Positions 16,935-24,000 of a stretch of DNA of 24,000 bases are shown here, one piece after another (the first letter of the stretch is position 1; each line of letters begins with the position of its first letter). The notes under the pieces are model-generated. The model was not told the DNA's origin. It did not search any database and saw only the letters and a program-made list of their open reading frames with translations. The translations under genes were made by a program, and so were the position numbers. This stretch comes from Nitrincola lacisaponensis. Lineage in GTDB: Bacteria > Pseudomonadota > Gammaproteobacteria > Pseudomonadales > Balneatricaceae. The DNA lies in the NCBI RefSeq assembly GCF_000691225.1, contig NZ_JMSZ01000007.1:124846-148845 (forward strand). Direction: 5' to 3'.

Positions 16935-17754
16935 CAGCACAGCGCGAATTGCCGTATTGCTGTCAGTAGGACAGCACCCGTTGACCGCACGTCCCCGTCG
17001 CGCCGATCAGGATGCACGTGCTCTGGAACTGGCGTTGCAGCTTCCTGGCGTTGAGGTTCTGCCTGTGCATGCCGGAGAGCTGAATGATCAGAATGAAACG
17101 GCTTTGCGCAGCTATCTGGGGATGGGCGCTTCAGCGCTGAAGCTGCTGCCAGCTGCTGAAGGTGAAGATGTGCTGCCGTTGCTACAGCAAGGTTTGCGAG
17201 ATCTGCAGCCCGATCTGGTGTTATGTGGCAAGCGTGCGGAGCACGGAGAGTCGTCTGGTCTGATGCCCTACCTGCTGGCACAGTCGCTGGGCTGGCCAGT
17301 GATCAGTGGTCTGGTTGAAATTGAGCGGCTGGAGGCAGGTCATGCCACTGTATTGCAGGCTCTGCCACGCGGGCAGCGTCGTCGGCTCAGAGTGACATTG
17401 CCTGCTGTACTGGCAATGGATGATGCTGCCCCGGCAGCGCGCCAGTCAGCCTTTGGTCCGGCTCGTCGCGGTGTGCTGGAGGTAGAACAGATGGTTGCAG
17501 TAGCTGAACAGGGGCTGGCCAATCTGAACAACCTGTCAGTGCTCAACTGGCAATTCCAGCCAGCGCGTAAACGACCCAAGCGTCTGAAAATTATCAAGGC
17601 CACGTCGGCACGAGACCGTTTCAAGGCAGCTGCTGCCAAGGCTGAGTCGAGTGGCGGCCAGGTTTTGCAGGGACTGACACCGGATGCAGCCGCAGAGACA
17701 ATTCTGAAAATGCTGCGTGAAGAAGGTGTAATGAATTCAACTCATGGTGATTGA
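16924..17754 (+). CDS. etfB: Electron transfer flavoprotein beta-subunit-like protein (PA5401-like)
   Basis: ETF-beta-like layout: IAVLLSVGQHP..., PDLVLCGKRAEHGESSGLMPYLLAQSLGWPVISGLVEIE and LPAVLAMDD. AGGAGG at 16912-16917 lies 6 nt before the ATG at 16924 (GTG 16921 is an alternative). It overlaps the end of the etfA-like gene. Confidence 0.8.
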   Translation: MLPDSTARIAVLLSVGQHPLTARPRRADQDARALELALQLPGVEVLPVHAGELNDQNETALRSYLGMGASALKLLPAAEGEDVLPLLQQGLRDLQPDLVLCGKRAEHGESSGLMPYLLAQSLGWPVISGLVEIERLEAGHATVLQALPRGQRRRLRVTLPAVLAMDDAAPAARQSAFGPARRGVLEVEQMVAVAEQGLANLNNLSVLNWQFQPARKRPKRLKIIKATSARDRFKAAAAKAESSGGQVLQGLTPDAAAETILKMLREEGVMNSTHGD

Positions 17755-17950
17755 ATCGGAGAATTTGTAAATAAATTCCGGAGTTTTTTGCAAGACCTGG
17801 CAAGCGTCGGTGTTCTAGAGTGCCAAAGGATGATTTTTAGAGTTGATGATAACTCAGGTTTCGCGTTAAATCCGGTCAAGGCCGGATCTGTAAACACGGG
17901 TGTGATGATTTGATACACTCTCTAACAACAATGACAAGGTGACACTTAAA

Positions 17951-18976
17951 ATGAGCAAACCTAACCTGAACAGACGTAACATCCTTAAAGCCGCTGCGGC
18001 TGGTGCAGTCGCTGCGCCGTTGGCGATGACTTCTACCTCTGCTTTTGCAACCACCAACCTGCGTATGCAGACTTACTGGGGACGAGAAGCAGCTGATGTT
18101 TTCAGTGCGTTTGGCAGCGATATTCGTACCGCTTCAAATGGTTCTCTGCGTGTGCGTCACTTCACCGGCAGCTCTCTGGTGCCTGATGCGGAAATGTTCC
18201 AGGCTGTGAGCAGTGGTACGATCGATATGTGCCAGGGCTATGCGGGTTACTGGCCGGGTCAGCTGGATATCGCCGGGATTGAGTCCGGTCTGCCAGGTGC
18301 CTGGACCAACTACGATGAAGCACAGTATGTATTCCGTCACAAAGGTTTGCTCGAACTGGTACGTGAAGCCTATGCTGAGCACAATGTACACTACATGGGC
18401 CCGATTTTCGGCGGTCCATTCGACCTGTTGACCAAACAGCCGGTTAACAGCCTGGATGATCTGAAAAACATGCGCATCCGTGCAACACCTGCAGTGGCGC
18501 GTATTCTTCAGGCATTTGATATCCCGACTGTGTTCCTGCCTGGCTCTGAGCTTTATGTTGGTCTGAGCACTGGTACCATTGATGGTGTGATCTATGCTGG
18601 TACCAATGAGTATGTCGGCATGAAACTCTACGAAGTTGCCAAGCACTACACCTCTTTGGGAATGGTATACCCAGGCTACTGTGACCAGATTCTGGTCAAT
18701 ATGGATGTCTGGAACCGCATGTCTGAAGAAGAGCGTAAAGTGATGGAGCTGGCGTACGAGAAGCATGCTTCGCACATGAACACCTGGATGGTCAGCGGTT
18801 CTATTGATGCAGGCAGCACCGGCCTGTTCGAAATGAACAAGCTGCCAGCCGAAGACTCTCAGCGTCTGCGTGAAGCGGCTGAAGTCATCTGGGAAGATGA
18901 AGCGGTGAAATCTGATCGCAACCGTAAAGCGATTGAGATTCTGAAAGAAACAGCGAAAGCGACAGGACGTGCCTGA
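17951..18976 (+). CDS. TRAP transporter substrate-binding protein (DctP family, FcbT1/COG4663-like) with a twin-arginine signal peptide
   Basis: N-terminus MSKPNLNRRNILKAAAAGAVAAPLAMTSTSAFA|TT fits a Tat signal (RR-x-[ILF]-L-K plus an h-region and AxA). Family motifs include LVPDAEMFQAVSSGTIDM and LKNMRIRATP, which carries the conserved carboxylate-binding Arg position. Confidence 0.85.
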   Translation: MSKPNLNRRNILKAAAAGAVAAPLAMTSTSAFATTNLRMQTYWGREAADVFSAFGSDIRTASNGSLRVRHFTGSSLVPDAEMFQAVSSGTIDMCQGYAGYWPGQLDIAGIESGLPGAWTNYDEAQYVFRHKGLLELVREAYAEHNVHYMGPIFGGPFDLLTKQPVNSLDDLKNMRIRATPAVARILQAFDIPTVFLPGSELYVGLSTGTIDGVIYAGTNEYVGMKLYEVAKHYTSLGMVYPGYCDQILVNMDVWNRMSEEERKVMELAYEKHASHMNTWMVSGSIDAGSTGLFEMNKLPAEDSQRLREAAEVIWEDEAVKSDRNRKAIEILKETAKATGRA

Positions 18977-19512
18977 TGCTTTCAGTCTGTCACTTGGTTA
19001 GCTGGGTTGATAGACTCTCTGAAATTGTTGGCAAGGCCGTCTCTTGGATGTGCCTTGCCATCATTGCAGTGATGCTCTACGAAATAGCGGCCCGCTATTT
19101 CTTCAACAGCCCGACCGCCTGGGCACACGAAGTGACCACCATGCTGTACGGAACCTTCTGTATTATTGCTGGCACTTATACACATCGTTATCAGGGGCAT
19201 GTTCGCAGTGAAGCCCTGTACCACCTGTTTTCCCGTCGCGGAAAAGCGATTCTCGATACACTAACCGGTTCGCTGGTGTTGTTTGTCTTAATTGTGTTCT
19301 TTATGGCGTCAGTAGACTTTGCTGCCGATTCCTGGGCGCGGGGAGAGATGTCATCCAGAAGTACCTGGGCACCGCCACTCTATCCATTCAAGACAGTGTT
19401 ACCGGTAGCCGTAGGCTTAATCACCTTGCAGAGCGCAGCGCACTTGATTCGGGATATCTGTGTGGCATTCAATCTGGGCTGTGATGCCTGTGAAACGCGT
19501 GGCTCTGAATAG
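18976..19512 (+). CDS. TRAP transporter small permease (DctQ family)
   Basis: 178 aa with 4 hydrophobic helices. The start overlaps the binding-protein stop by 1 nt (TGATG). It sits between the P and M components. Confidence 0.8.
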   Translation: MLSVCHLVSWVDRLSEIVGKAVSWMCLAIIAVMLYEIAARYFFNSPTAWAHEVTTMLYGTFCIIAGTYTHRYQGHVRSEALYHLFSRRGKAILDTLTGSLVLFVLIVFFMASVDFAADSWARGEMSSRSTWAPPLYPFKTVLPVAVGLITLQSAAHLIRDICVAFNLGCDACETRGSE

Positions 19513-19584
19513 AATTGTAATCCAGATTATTGTGCGGCTAAGGCCGGCCGCGTTATAAATCGATAACGATAAAAGGTACACAAG

Positions 19585-20910
19585 GTGTCAGATATTGATC
19601 CTTTATTGATCACCGTCGGCATGTTTGCCGCGATGTTTGTGATGTTGCTGCTGGGTACGCCCTTGTCATGGTCATTATTGACCGTCGGGTTGGGGTTCGC
19701 CTATTTTCTCTGGGGTACGGGTGCTCTTGAACTCTTGACCATCAGTGCATTTTCATCGATGGACAACTTTATCCTGGTTGCTCTGCCGATGTTCATCTTT
19801 ATGGGCCTGATGCTGGAGCGGTCCGGGATTACCGACGATCTGTTCGATATGATGAACAAGTTGATGGGATCTCAGCCGGGTGGTTTGGGTGTCGGTACCA
19901 TTGTGCTTTGTGCGCTGATTGCAGCGATGGCCGGTGTCTCCGGCGCGGCGACCGTCAGTCTTGGCGTTATAGCCCTGCCGGCGATGTTGAAGCGTGGTTA
20001 CAGCAAAAAGCTGGCGACCGGTACGATTATGGCGGGTGGTGCACTGGGCTTCCTGATTCCACCCAGTGTACTGATGATCCTGTATGCATTTCTGGCGAAA
20101 GAATCCATCGGTAAGTTGTTTGCTGCCGGATTGGTACCGGGCCTGATGCTGGCAGGTATCTATATTGTCTATATTCTGGTGATCAGCCGCATAAAGCCGT
20201 CACTGGCGCCGCCTCTGGCTGAAGAAGAGCGGGTTGACTGGAAAGGTAAACTGATTTCGCTGAAAGCACTGATACTGCCAGGTACACTGATTGTGACGGT
20301 TTTGGCTTGTATCATCCTTGGAATTACCACACCTTCGGAAGCGTCTGCAATCGGTGCAGCGGGTGCCATTCTCTGTGCAGCCGTTTATCGTACGCTGACG
20401 TTCAAAATGCTGAAAGACGTACTGCTGGATACTACCAAAATCATGGGGATGCTGATCTGGATTACCCTGACAGCTATTTTCTTCAGCAAGGTGTATATCG
20501 GCCTTGGTGCCGGGTTCCTGCTGCAGGATCTGGTTGAAGACAGTAATCTGGCACCCATGGCAGTGATCGTAGCGATGCTGGCCTGTTATTACGTGCTGGG
20601 CATGTTCCTTGACGACTTCGCCATTGTTTTCATCACCGTGCCCCTGTTTGTACCGGTGGTTGAGCTCCTTGGCTTCGATCCGGTTTGGTTTGCCATTCTG
20701 TTTATCGTCAGCATGCAGTCAGCCTATCTGACGCCGCCTTTTGGCTATAATCTGTTCTACATGCGATCGGTGGCGCCACCTTCGGTCAGTATTTATGATT
20801 TGTATCTAGCTGCAGTACCCTTTATTCTGCTGCAGATACTGGGGCTGGCATTACTGGTCATGTTCCCGCAGATTGCCTTGTGGTTGCCGGGACTGATTTA
20901 CGGTCCATGA
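19585..20910 (+). CDS. TRAP transporter large permease (DctM family)
   Basis: 441-aa polytopic protein with DctM-typical segments (ALPMFIFMGLMLERSGITDDLF, GTIMAGGALGFLIPPS, QSAYLTPPFGYNLFY). GTG start at 19585. Confidence 0.9.
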   Translation: MSDIDPLLITVGMFAAMFVMLLLGTPLSWSLLTVGLGFAYFLWGTGALELLTISAFSSMDNFILVALPMFIFMGLMLERSGITDDLFDMMNKLMGSQPGGLGVGTIVLCALIAAMAGVSGAATVSLGVIALPAMLKRGYSKKLATGTIMAGGALGFLIPPSVLMILYAFLAKESIGKLFAAGLVPGLMLAGIYIVYILVISRIKPSLAPPLAEEERVDWKGKLISLKALILPGTLIVTVLACIILGITTPSEASAIGAAGAILCAAVYRTLTFKMLKDVLLDTTKIMGMLIWITLTAIFFSKVYIGLGAGFLLQDLVEDSNLAPMAVIVAMLACYYVLGMFLDDFAIVFITVPLFVPVVELLGFDPVWFAILFIVSMQSAYLTPPFGYNLFYMRSVAPPSVSIYDLYLAAVPFILLQILGLALLVMFPQIALWLPGLIYGP

Positions 20911-20918
20911 TCAACCTG

Positions 20919-20948
20919 CCAGGAAGCAGAGTTTTTTCTGCTTCCTGG
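20919..20948 (+). terminator. Hairpin after the TRAP large permease gene, probable terminator
   Basis: 11-bp perfect stem CCAGGAAGCAG / CTGCTTCCTGG with a T-rich 8-nt loop, beginning 9 nt after the stop codon. There is no long trailing U-tract. Confidence 0.5.
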
Positions 20949-21088
20949 TGATCTATCCCGATAGGCTGTTACGTATATTTATTTTATTATCCCCCTTGGC
21001 GTATCAACAGCATGGATGGGTTCTGGCTCTGTATTCACAGATCCATGGCGTTACATGGGTTTTTTAACTCTATCTGGTGCCTTTATCC

Positions 21089-22396
21089 ATGTTATTCAGA
21101 AATAAAAACAGTTCAATCCTGCCTTCTCTGAAGCAGGCGCTAGTGCGTGCTGAAAGTGATTTGCACGCGCTAAAGTCTCATATGGCCTGTATTGAATTTG
21201 ATCCGCAAGGCAATATCCTTGCTGCCAATAGCCCCTTTCTGCAAACAGTTGGCTATACCTGGCAGCAGCTTGAAGGTCAGCATCATCGCTTGTTCTGCCC
21301 CAAACATGTCAGTCAAAGTCCTGAGTATGCTGGCCTGTGGAAAAAACTGGCTGCAGGGCAGTCAGTTGCTGGTACTTTTGAGCGTATCAATGCGCAAGGC
21401 CAGGTTCTGTGGCTGGAAGCCACCTATTTTCCGGTCAAGGATGCTGAGGGGCGTGTCTGTAAGGTGATCAAGATTGCAGCAGATATCACCCAACGAAAAT
21501 TGCATACAGATCAGCAAAACTCAGTGTTGCAAGCACTGGATCGCTCGATGGCGGTCATTCGCTTTACACCTGAGGGGACTATTCTGTCGGCCAATCAGAA
21601 TTTTCTGAGAACCGTGGGTTATGCCTTGGAACAGATACGTGGCAAGCATCATCGACTTTTTTGCAAGGACAGTTTTTATCAGGAACAACCGCATTTCTGG
21701 ACTGAGCTGGCCAGTGGCGAGTTCAAGTCAGGCCGCTTTGAACGGCTGGATGCACAGGGCCGGGTAGTCTGGATTGAAGCAACCTACAATCCGATTCTCG
21801 ATGAACAGGGACGGGTGGTCGAAGTGGTCAAGTTTGCTACAGACATTACCGATAAAGTAGAACAGGATCTCGCTATTCGTGAAGCCGCTGCCTTGGCGAG
21901 CAGTACGTCGGAAGAAACGGCGCAGATTGCACAACAGGGTTTGTCATCCCTTCAGCTTGCGGTCAATACGTCGCAGCAGATCGCTACGAAAGTGGATGAA
22001 GTGAACAGGTTGATTGACCACCTGAATGGCCAGTTTTCGAGTATTGAATCGATTGTAGGGACCATTAAAGGGATTGCCGACCAGACCAATCTGCTGGCCT
22101 TGAATGCAGCCATTGAAGCGGCTCGTGCCGGTGAGCAGGGGCGAGGTTTTGCGGTGGTGGCCGATGAAGTACGACAGTTGGCTTTTCGTACCAGTGAGTC
22201 AACCAAGATGATTGCCCATGTGGTGCAGGAGAATCATCAGTTACTCAAGACCCTGACTGATAATACAGCAGGCGCACGTGAATCTGCTGTGACCGGGCAG
22301 GACAATATCAATCGTGTCAGCGAGATTATGACCGAGATTTATCAAGGGGCGGAGAATGTTTCTCGTGCTGCCTCACGTCTGGGAAATCTGGGATAG
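21089..22396 (+). CDS. Soluble methyl-accepting chemotaxis protein with two PAS domains (BdlA/McpS-like)
   Basis: No TM segments. Two PAS repeats each carry the motifs N-x-x-FL-x-TVGY and G-x-HHRLFC. The C-terminal MCP signalling hairpin reads [44 protein letters not shown]. The GTG at 21077 is an alternative start. Confidence 0.85.
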   Translation: MLFRNKNSSILPSLKQALVRAESDLHALKSHMACIEFDPQGNILAANSPFLQTVGYTWQQLEGQHHRLFCPKHVSQSPEYAGLWKKLAAGQSVAGTFERINAQGQVLWLEATYFPVKDAEGRVCKVIKIAADITQRKLHTDQQNSVLQALDRSMAVIRFTPEGTILSANQNFLRTVGYALEQIRGKHHRLFCKDSFYQEQPHFWTELASGEFKSGRFERLDAQGRVVWIEATYNPILDEQGRVVEVVKFATDITDKVEQDLAIREAAALASSTSEETAQIAQQGLSSLQLAVNTSQQIATKVDEVNRLIDHLNGQFSSIESIVGTIKGIADQTNLLALNAAIEAARAGEQGRGFAVVADEVRQLAFRTSESTKMIAHVVQENHQLLKTLTDNTAGARESAVTGQDNINRVSEIMTEIYQGAENVSRAASRLGNLG

Positions 22397-22453
22397 TGAT
22401 CAGCTGTCTCTAAGCGACATCTCTTTGTTCAGCAGAGACATTCATCTCTGACG

Positions 22454-22483
22454 GCTTTCAGGATCAATTGCGATCCTGAAAGC
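22454..22483 (+). terminator. Perfect 12-bp stem-loop between the MCP gene and the formate dehydrogenase gene (terminator or operator)
   Basis: GCTTTCAGGATC-AATTGC-GATCCTGAAAGC, 58 nt after the MCP stop and 53 nt before the next ATG. No U-tract follows it. Confidence 0.45.
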
Positions 22484-22535
22484 TGAGTGCGATCATGTGG
22501 CGTATTCGACCTGATAGCATAACAAGAGACCTGCC

Positions 22536-24000
22536 ATGAGCCATAATCCAGTGGAACTTAGCCCGCCTGCCGGCCAACGTCGTACCCGTCCAGGACAGCG
22601 TGGACGCATGACTCAAGCGGATGCCCTTGAACGGGTGAACAGGTTGCTGGGGGATGCTCCAAACCAGCGTGATTTGCTGCTGGAACATCTGCATTGTCTG
22701 CAGGATCATCTGGGTTATCTCTACCTTCCGGATCTGCGCGCACTGGCTGAGCGGATGAATCTGCCTATGGCTGAGGTTTATGAAACGGCCAGTTTTTATG
22801 CGCACTTTACCCTTGTGCGCGAAGATGAAACGCCGCCTCCGGCGATTACAATTCGGGTCTGTGATTCACTTTCCTGTCAGCTGGCAGGGGCTGAAGCATT
22901 GAGTCAGGCGCTGAAGCAACAACTTGATCCTGAAGCTGTGCGGGTTATTCATGCCCCCTGTATGGGACGTTGTGACCAGGCACCGGTGCTGGAGCTGGGA
23001 CACTATCACCTGGAGCAGGCAACGCCGGAGAAAGCTTTGTCTGCACTGGCTGTACAGCAGTTTGATCCAGCTCCCATCGAGGCGCAATCCCTGCAGGATT
23101 ACCAGGCAGAGGGTGGCTATGCCCTGTGGCAGGCCTGTCGTACTGGCCAGCACTCCGTAGATGAACTGATTGGGGTACTGGAGCAATCCGGTCTGCGAGG
23201 TCTTGGAGGCGCCGGTTTCCCAACCTTTAAAAAATGGCAGTTTGTACGTGCTGAGGCAGGGCCTCGCTACTGCGTGATCAATGCCGATGAAGGTGAGCCG
23301 GGTACATTCAAGGATCGCTACTATCTGGAACACCAGCCTCACCGCTTCCTTGAAGGCGCATTGGTCAGCAGTTGGGCGGTTGAAGCGGAAGCTCTGTATA
23401 TCTATCTGCGTGATGAGTATCCGGGAATACACCGGCTGCTGACGTCGGTGATTGCCGAGCTGGAGGCAGCCGGGCTGGTTGCGCCAGGTTATATTCACTT
23501 GCGCCGGGGTGCCGGGGCCTATATCTGTGGTGAGGAGTCAGCCCTGATTGAGTCACTGGAAGGCAAGCCGGGCAAACCGCGTCATCGTCCTCCCTTTGTG
23601 GCCCAGAAAGGCTTGTTTGGCCGTCCTACGCTGGTGAATAACGTCGAAACCGTCTACTGGATACCATCCATCGTATCTCAGGGAGCTCAGAGTTTTGCAG
23701 CGCACGGGCGTCATGGACGCAGTGGACTGCGTTCATTTTCGGTCTCCGGGCGAGTCAATAAGCCTGGTGTGCATCTGGCACCTGCCGGGATTACCTTGCA
23801 GGAACTGATCGATGAGTATTGCGGCGGGTTGTTGCCTGGACATCGTTTATTGGCTTACCTGCCGGGCGGGGCGTCAGGTGGTATTTTGCCAGCCAGTAAA
23901 GCGCATCTTCCTCTCGATTTTGACACCTTGCAGGCGGAAGGCTGCTTTATCGGTTCGGCTGCCGTCATTGTGTTGTCAGATCAGGATGACCTGCAACAGG
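22536..24000 (+). CDS. NAD-linked formate dehydrogenase beta subunit, NuoE-like/NuoF-like fusion (Fdh1B/FdsB-type); 3' end runs off the window
   Basis: Frame is open from the ATG at 22536 to the window end, so it is absent from the ORF track. My translation has an N-terminal NuoE-type [2Fe-2S] motif (VCDSLSCQ...APCMGRCDQAP). It continues with NuoF motifs GLRGLGGAGFPTFKKW, VINADEGEPGTFKDR and GAGAYICGEESALIESLEGKPGKPR. Confidence 0.85.
   Translation, partial: MSHNPVELSPPAGQRRTRPGQRGRMTQADALERVNRLLGDAPNQRDLLLEHLHCLQDHLGYLYLPDLRALAERMNLPMAEVYETASFYAHFTLVREDETPPPAITIRVCDSLSCQLAGAEALSQALKQQLDPEAVRVIHAPCMGRCDQAPVLELGHYHLEQATPEKALSALAVQQFDPAPIEAQSLQDYQAEGGYALWQACRTGQHSVDELIGVLEQSGLRGLGGAGFPTFKKWQFVRAEAGPRYCVINADEGEPGTFKDRYYLEHQPHRFLEGALVSSWAVEAEALYIYLRDEYPGIHRLLTSVIAELEAAGLVAPGYIHLRRGAGAYICGEESALIESLEGKPGKPRHRPPFVAQKGLFGRPTLVNNVETVYWIPSIVSQGAQSFAAHGRHGRSGLRSFSVSGRVNKPGVHLAPAGITLQELIDEYCGGLLPGHRLLAYLPGGASGGILPASKAHLPLDFDTLQAEGCFIGSAAVIVLSDQDDLQQ

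Noticed and set aside
16613-17281. 222-aa minus-strand ORF spanning the etfA-like/etfB-like junction
   Set aside because: It is antisense to two motif-supported ETF genes. Its Ala/Arg/Pro-rich composition is typical of reverse-frame translation of GC-rich coding DNA.
17761-17789. Possible terminator after the etfB-like gene (GAATTT-GTAAAT-AAATTC followed by T6)
   Set aside because: The stem is only 6 bp and all A-T, and the flanking bases do not extend it cleanly. This is too weak to call, so the TRAP genes may be co-transcribed with the dgc operon or have their own promoter.
17901-17917. CRP-like site TGTGATGATTTGATACA upstream of the TRAP genes
   Set aside because: The left half matches TGTGA, but the right half (GATAC) matches TCACA at only 3 of 5 positions. 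This is not distinguishable from chance.
17755-17950. Possible glycine or other riboswitch in the 196-nt gap before the TRAP operon, and in the dgc 5' region (10000-10089)
   Set aside because: I could not find the conserved glycine-riboswitch core elements or any other riboswitch signature by eye. A covariance-model scan (Rfam/Infernal) would be decisive.
18134-18775. 213-aa minus-strand ORF
   Set aside because: It is antisense to the TRAP binding-protein gene and has no independent support.
20957-20964. Sigma-28 (FliA) -10-like CCCGATAG upstream of the chemoreceptor gene
   Set aside because: No TAAAGTTT-like -35 element lies at the required spacing of about 11 nt. The nearest AGTTT is about 22 nt away.
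22866-23498. 210-aa minus-strand ORF (with the 22464-22805 113-aa ORF)
   Set aside because: It is antisense to the long open NuoE-NuoF frame, which carries unmistakable cofactor-binding motifs. The true gene is missing from the ORF track only because it runs off the window.
1-24000. Search for CRISPR arrays, IS/transposon ends, integrases, tRNA/rRNA genes, long direct repeats or a compositional island
   Set aside because: None were seen. The intergenic regions are short and accounted for. Apart from the AT-rich 9698-10089 control region, composition and coding density look uniform. The gene content reads as core or accessory metabolism, not a mobile or defence island.

Overview
This is a 24-kb chromosomal segment, densely coding, with intermediate GC apart from one AT-rich intergenic region. 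Its protein families suggest a (probably marine) gammaproteobacterium, but I cannot assign a taxon by eye. I support 20 CDS and a few hairpins and operator-like repeats. I saw no rRNA, tRNA, CRISPR array, IS element, integrase or phage genes.

Left third (1-9700): a YbbA/YbbP-type ABC pair, an AI-2E transporter, a YcaD-like MFS transporter with a long acidic tail, a LysR regulator divergent from a cytochrome b561-YceI pair, a 906-aa P2-type ATPase and a 95-aa Cys/His-rich acidic protein.

Centre (10093-17754): a tightly coupled six-gene operon with the gene order I recall for Pseudomonas aeruginosa PA5396-PA5401. The genes are an M19 dipeptidase-like protein, a V4R-domain protein, DgcA flavoenzyme, DgcB membrane Fe-S protein, and ETF-alpha-like and ETF-beta-like proteins. 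That order indicates a dimethylglycine-type N-demethylase system.

Right third: a TRAP transporter with a Tat-signal binding protein, a soluble PAS-PAS chemoreceptor (BdlA/McpS-like), and the 5' part of a NuoE-NuoF fusion formate dehydrogenase beta subunit. Together this reads as a methylamine/C1-disposal neighbourhood.

I found no evidence of an entirely new system such as a defence island or mobile element. The points most worth follow-up are:
- the M19 paralogue appears to have lost most of its zinc and catalytic residues;
- DgcA has a three-Cys version of the four-Cys cluster motif;
- the ETF-alpha-like protein carries a repeat-bearing Arg-rich N-terminal extension;
- the P-type ATPase has neutral residues at two canonical acidic ion-site positions;
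- an intrinsic terminator sits only about 40 nt upstream of that ATPase.

All homology statements come from motif recognition by eye, not from database searches.
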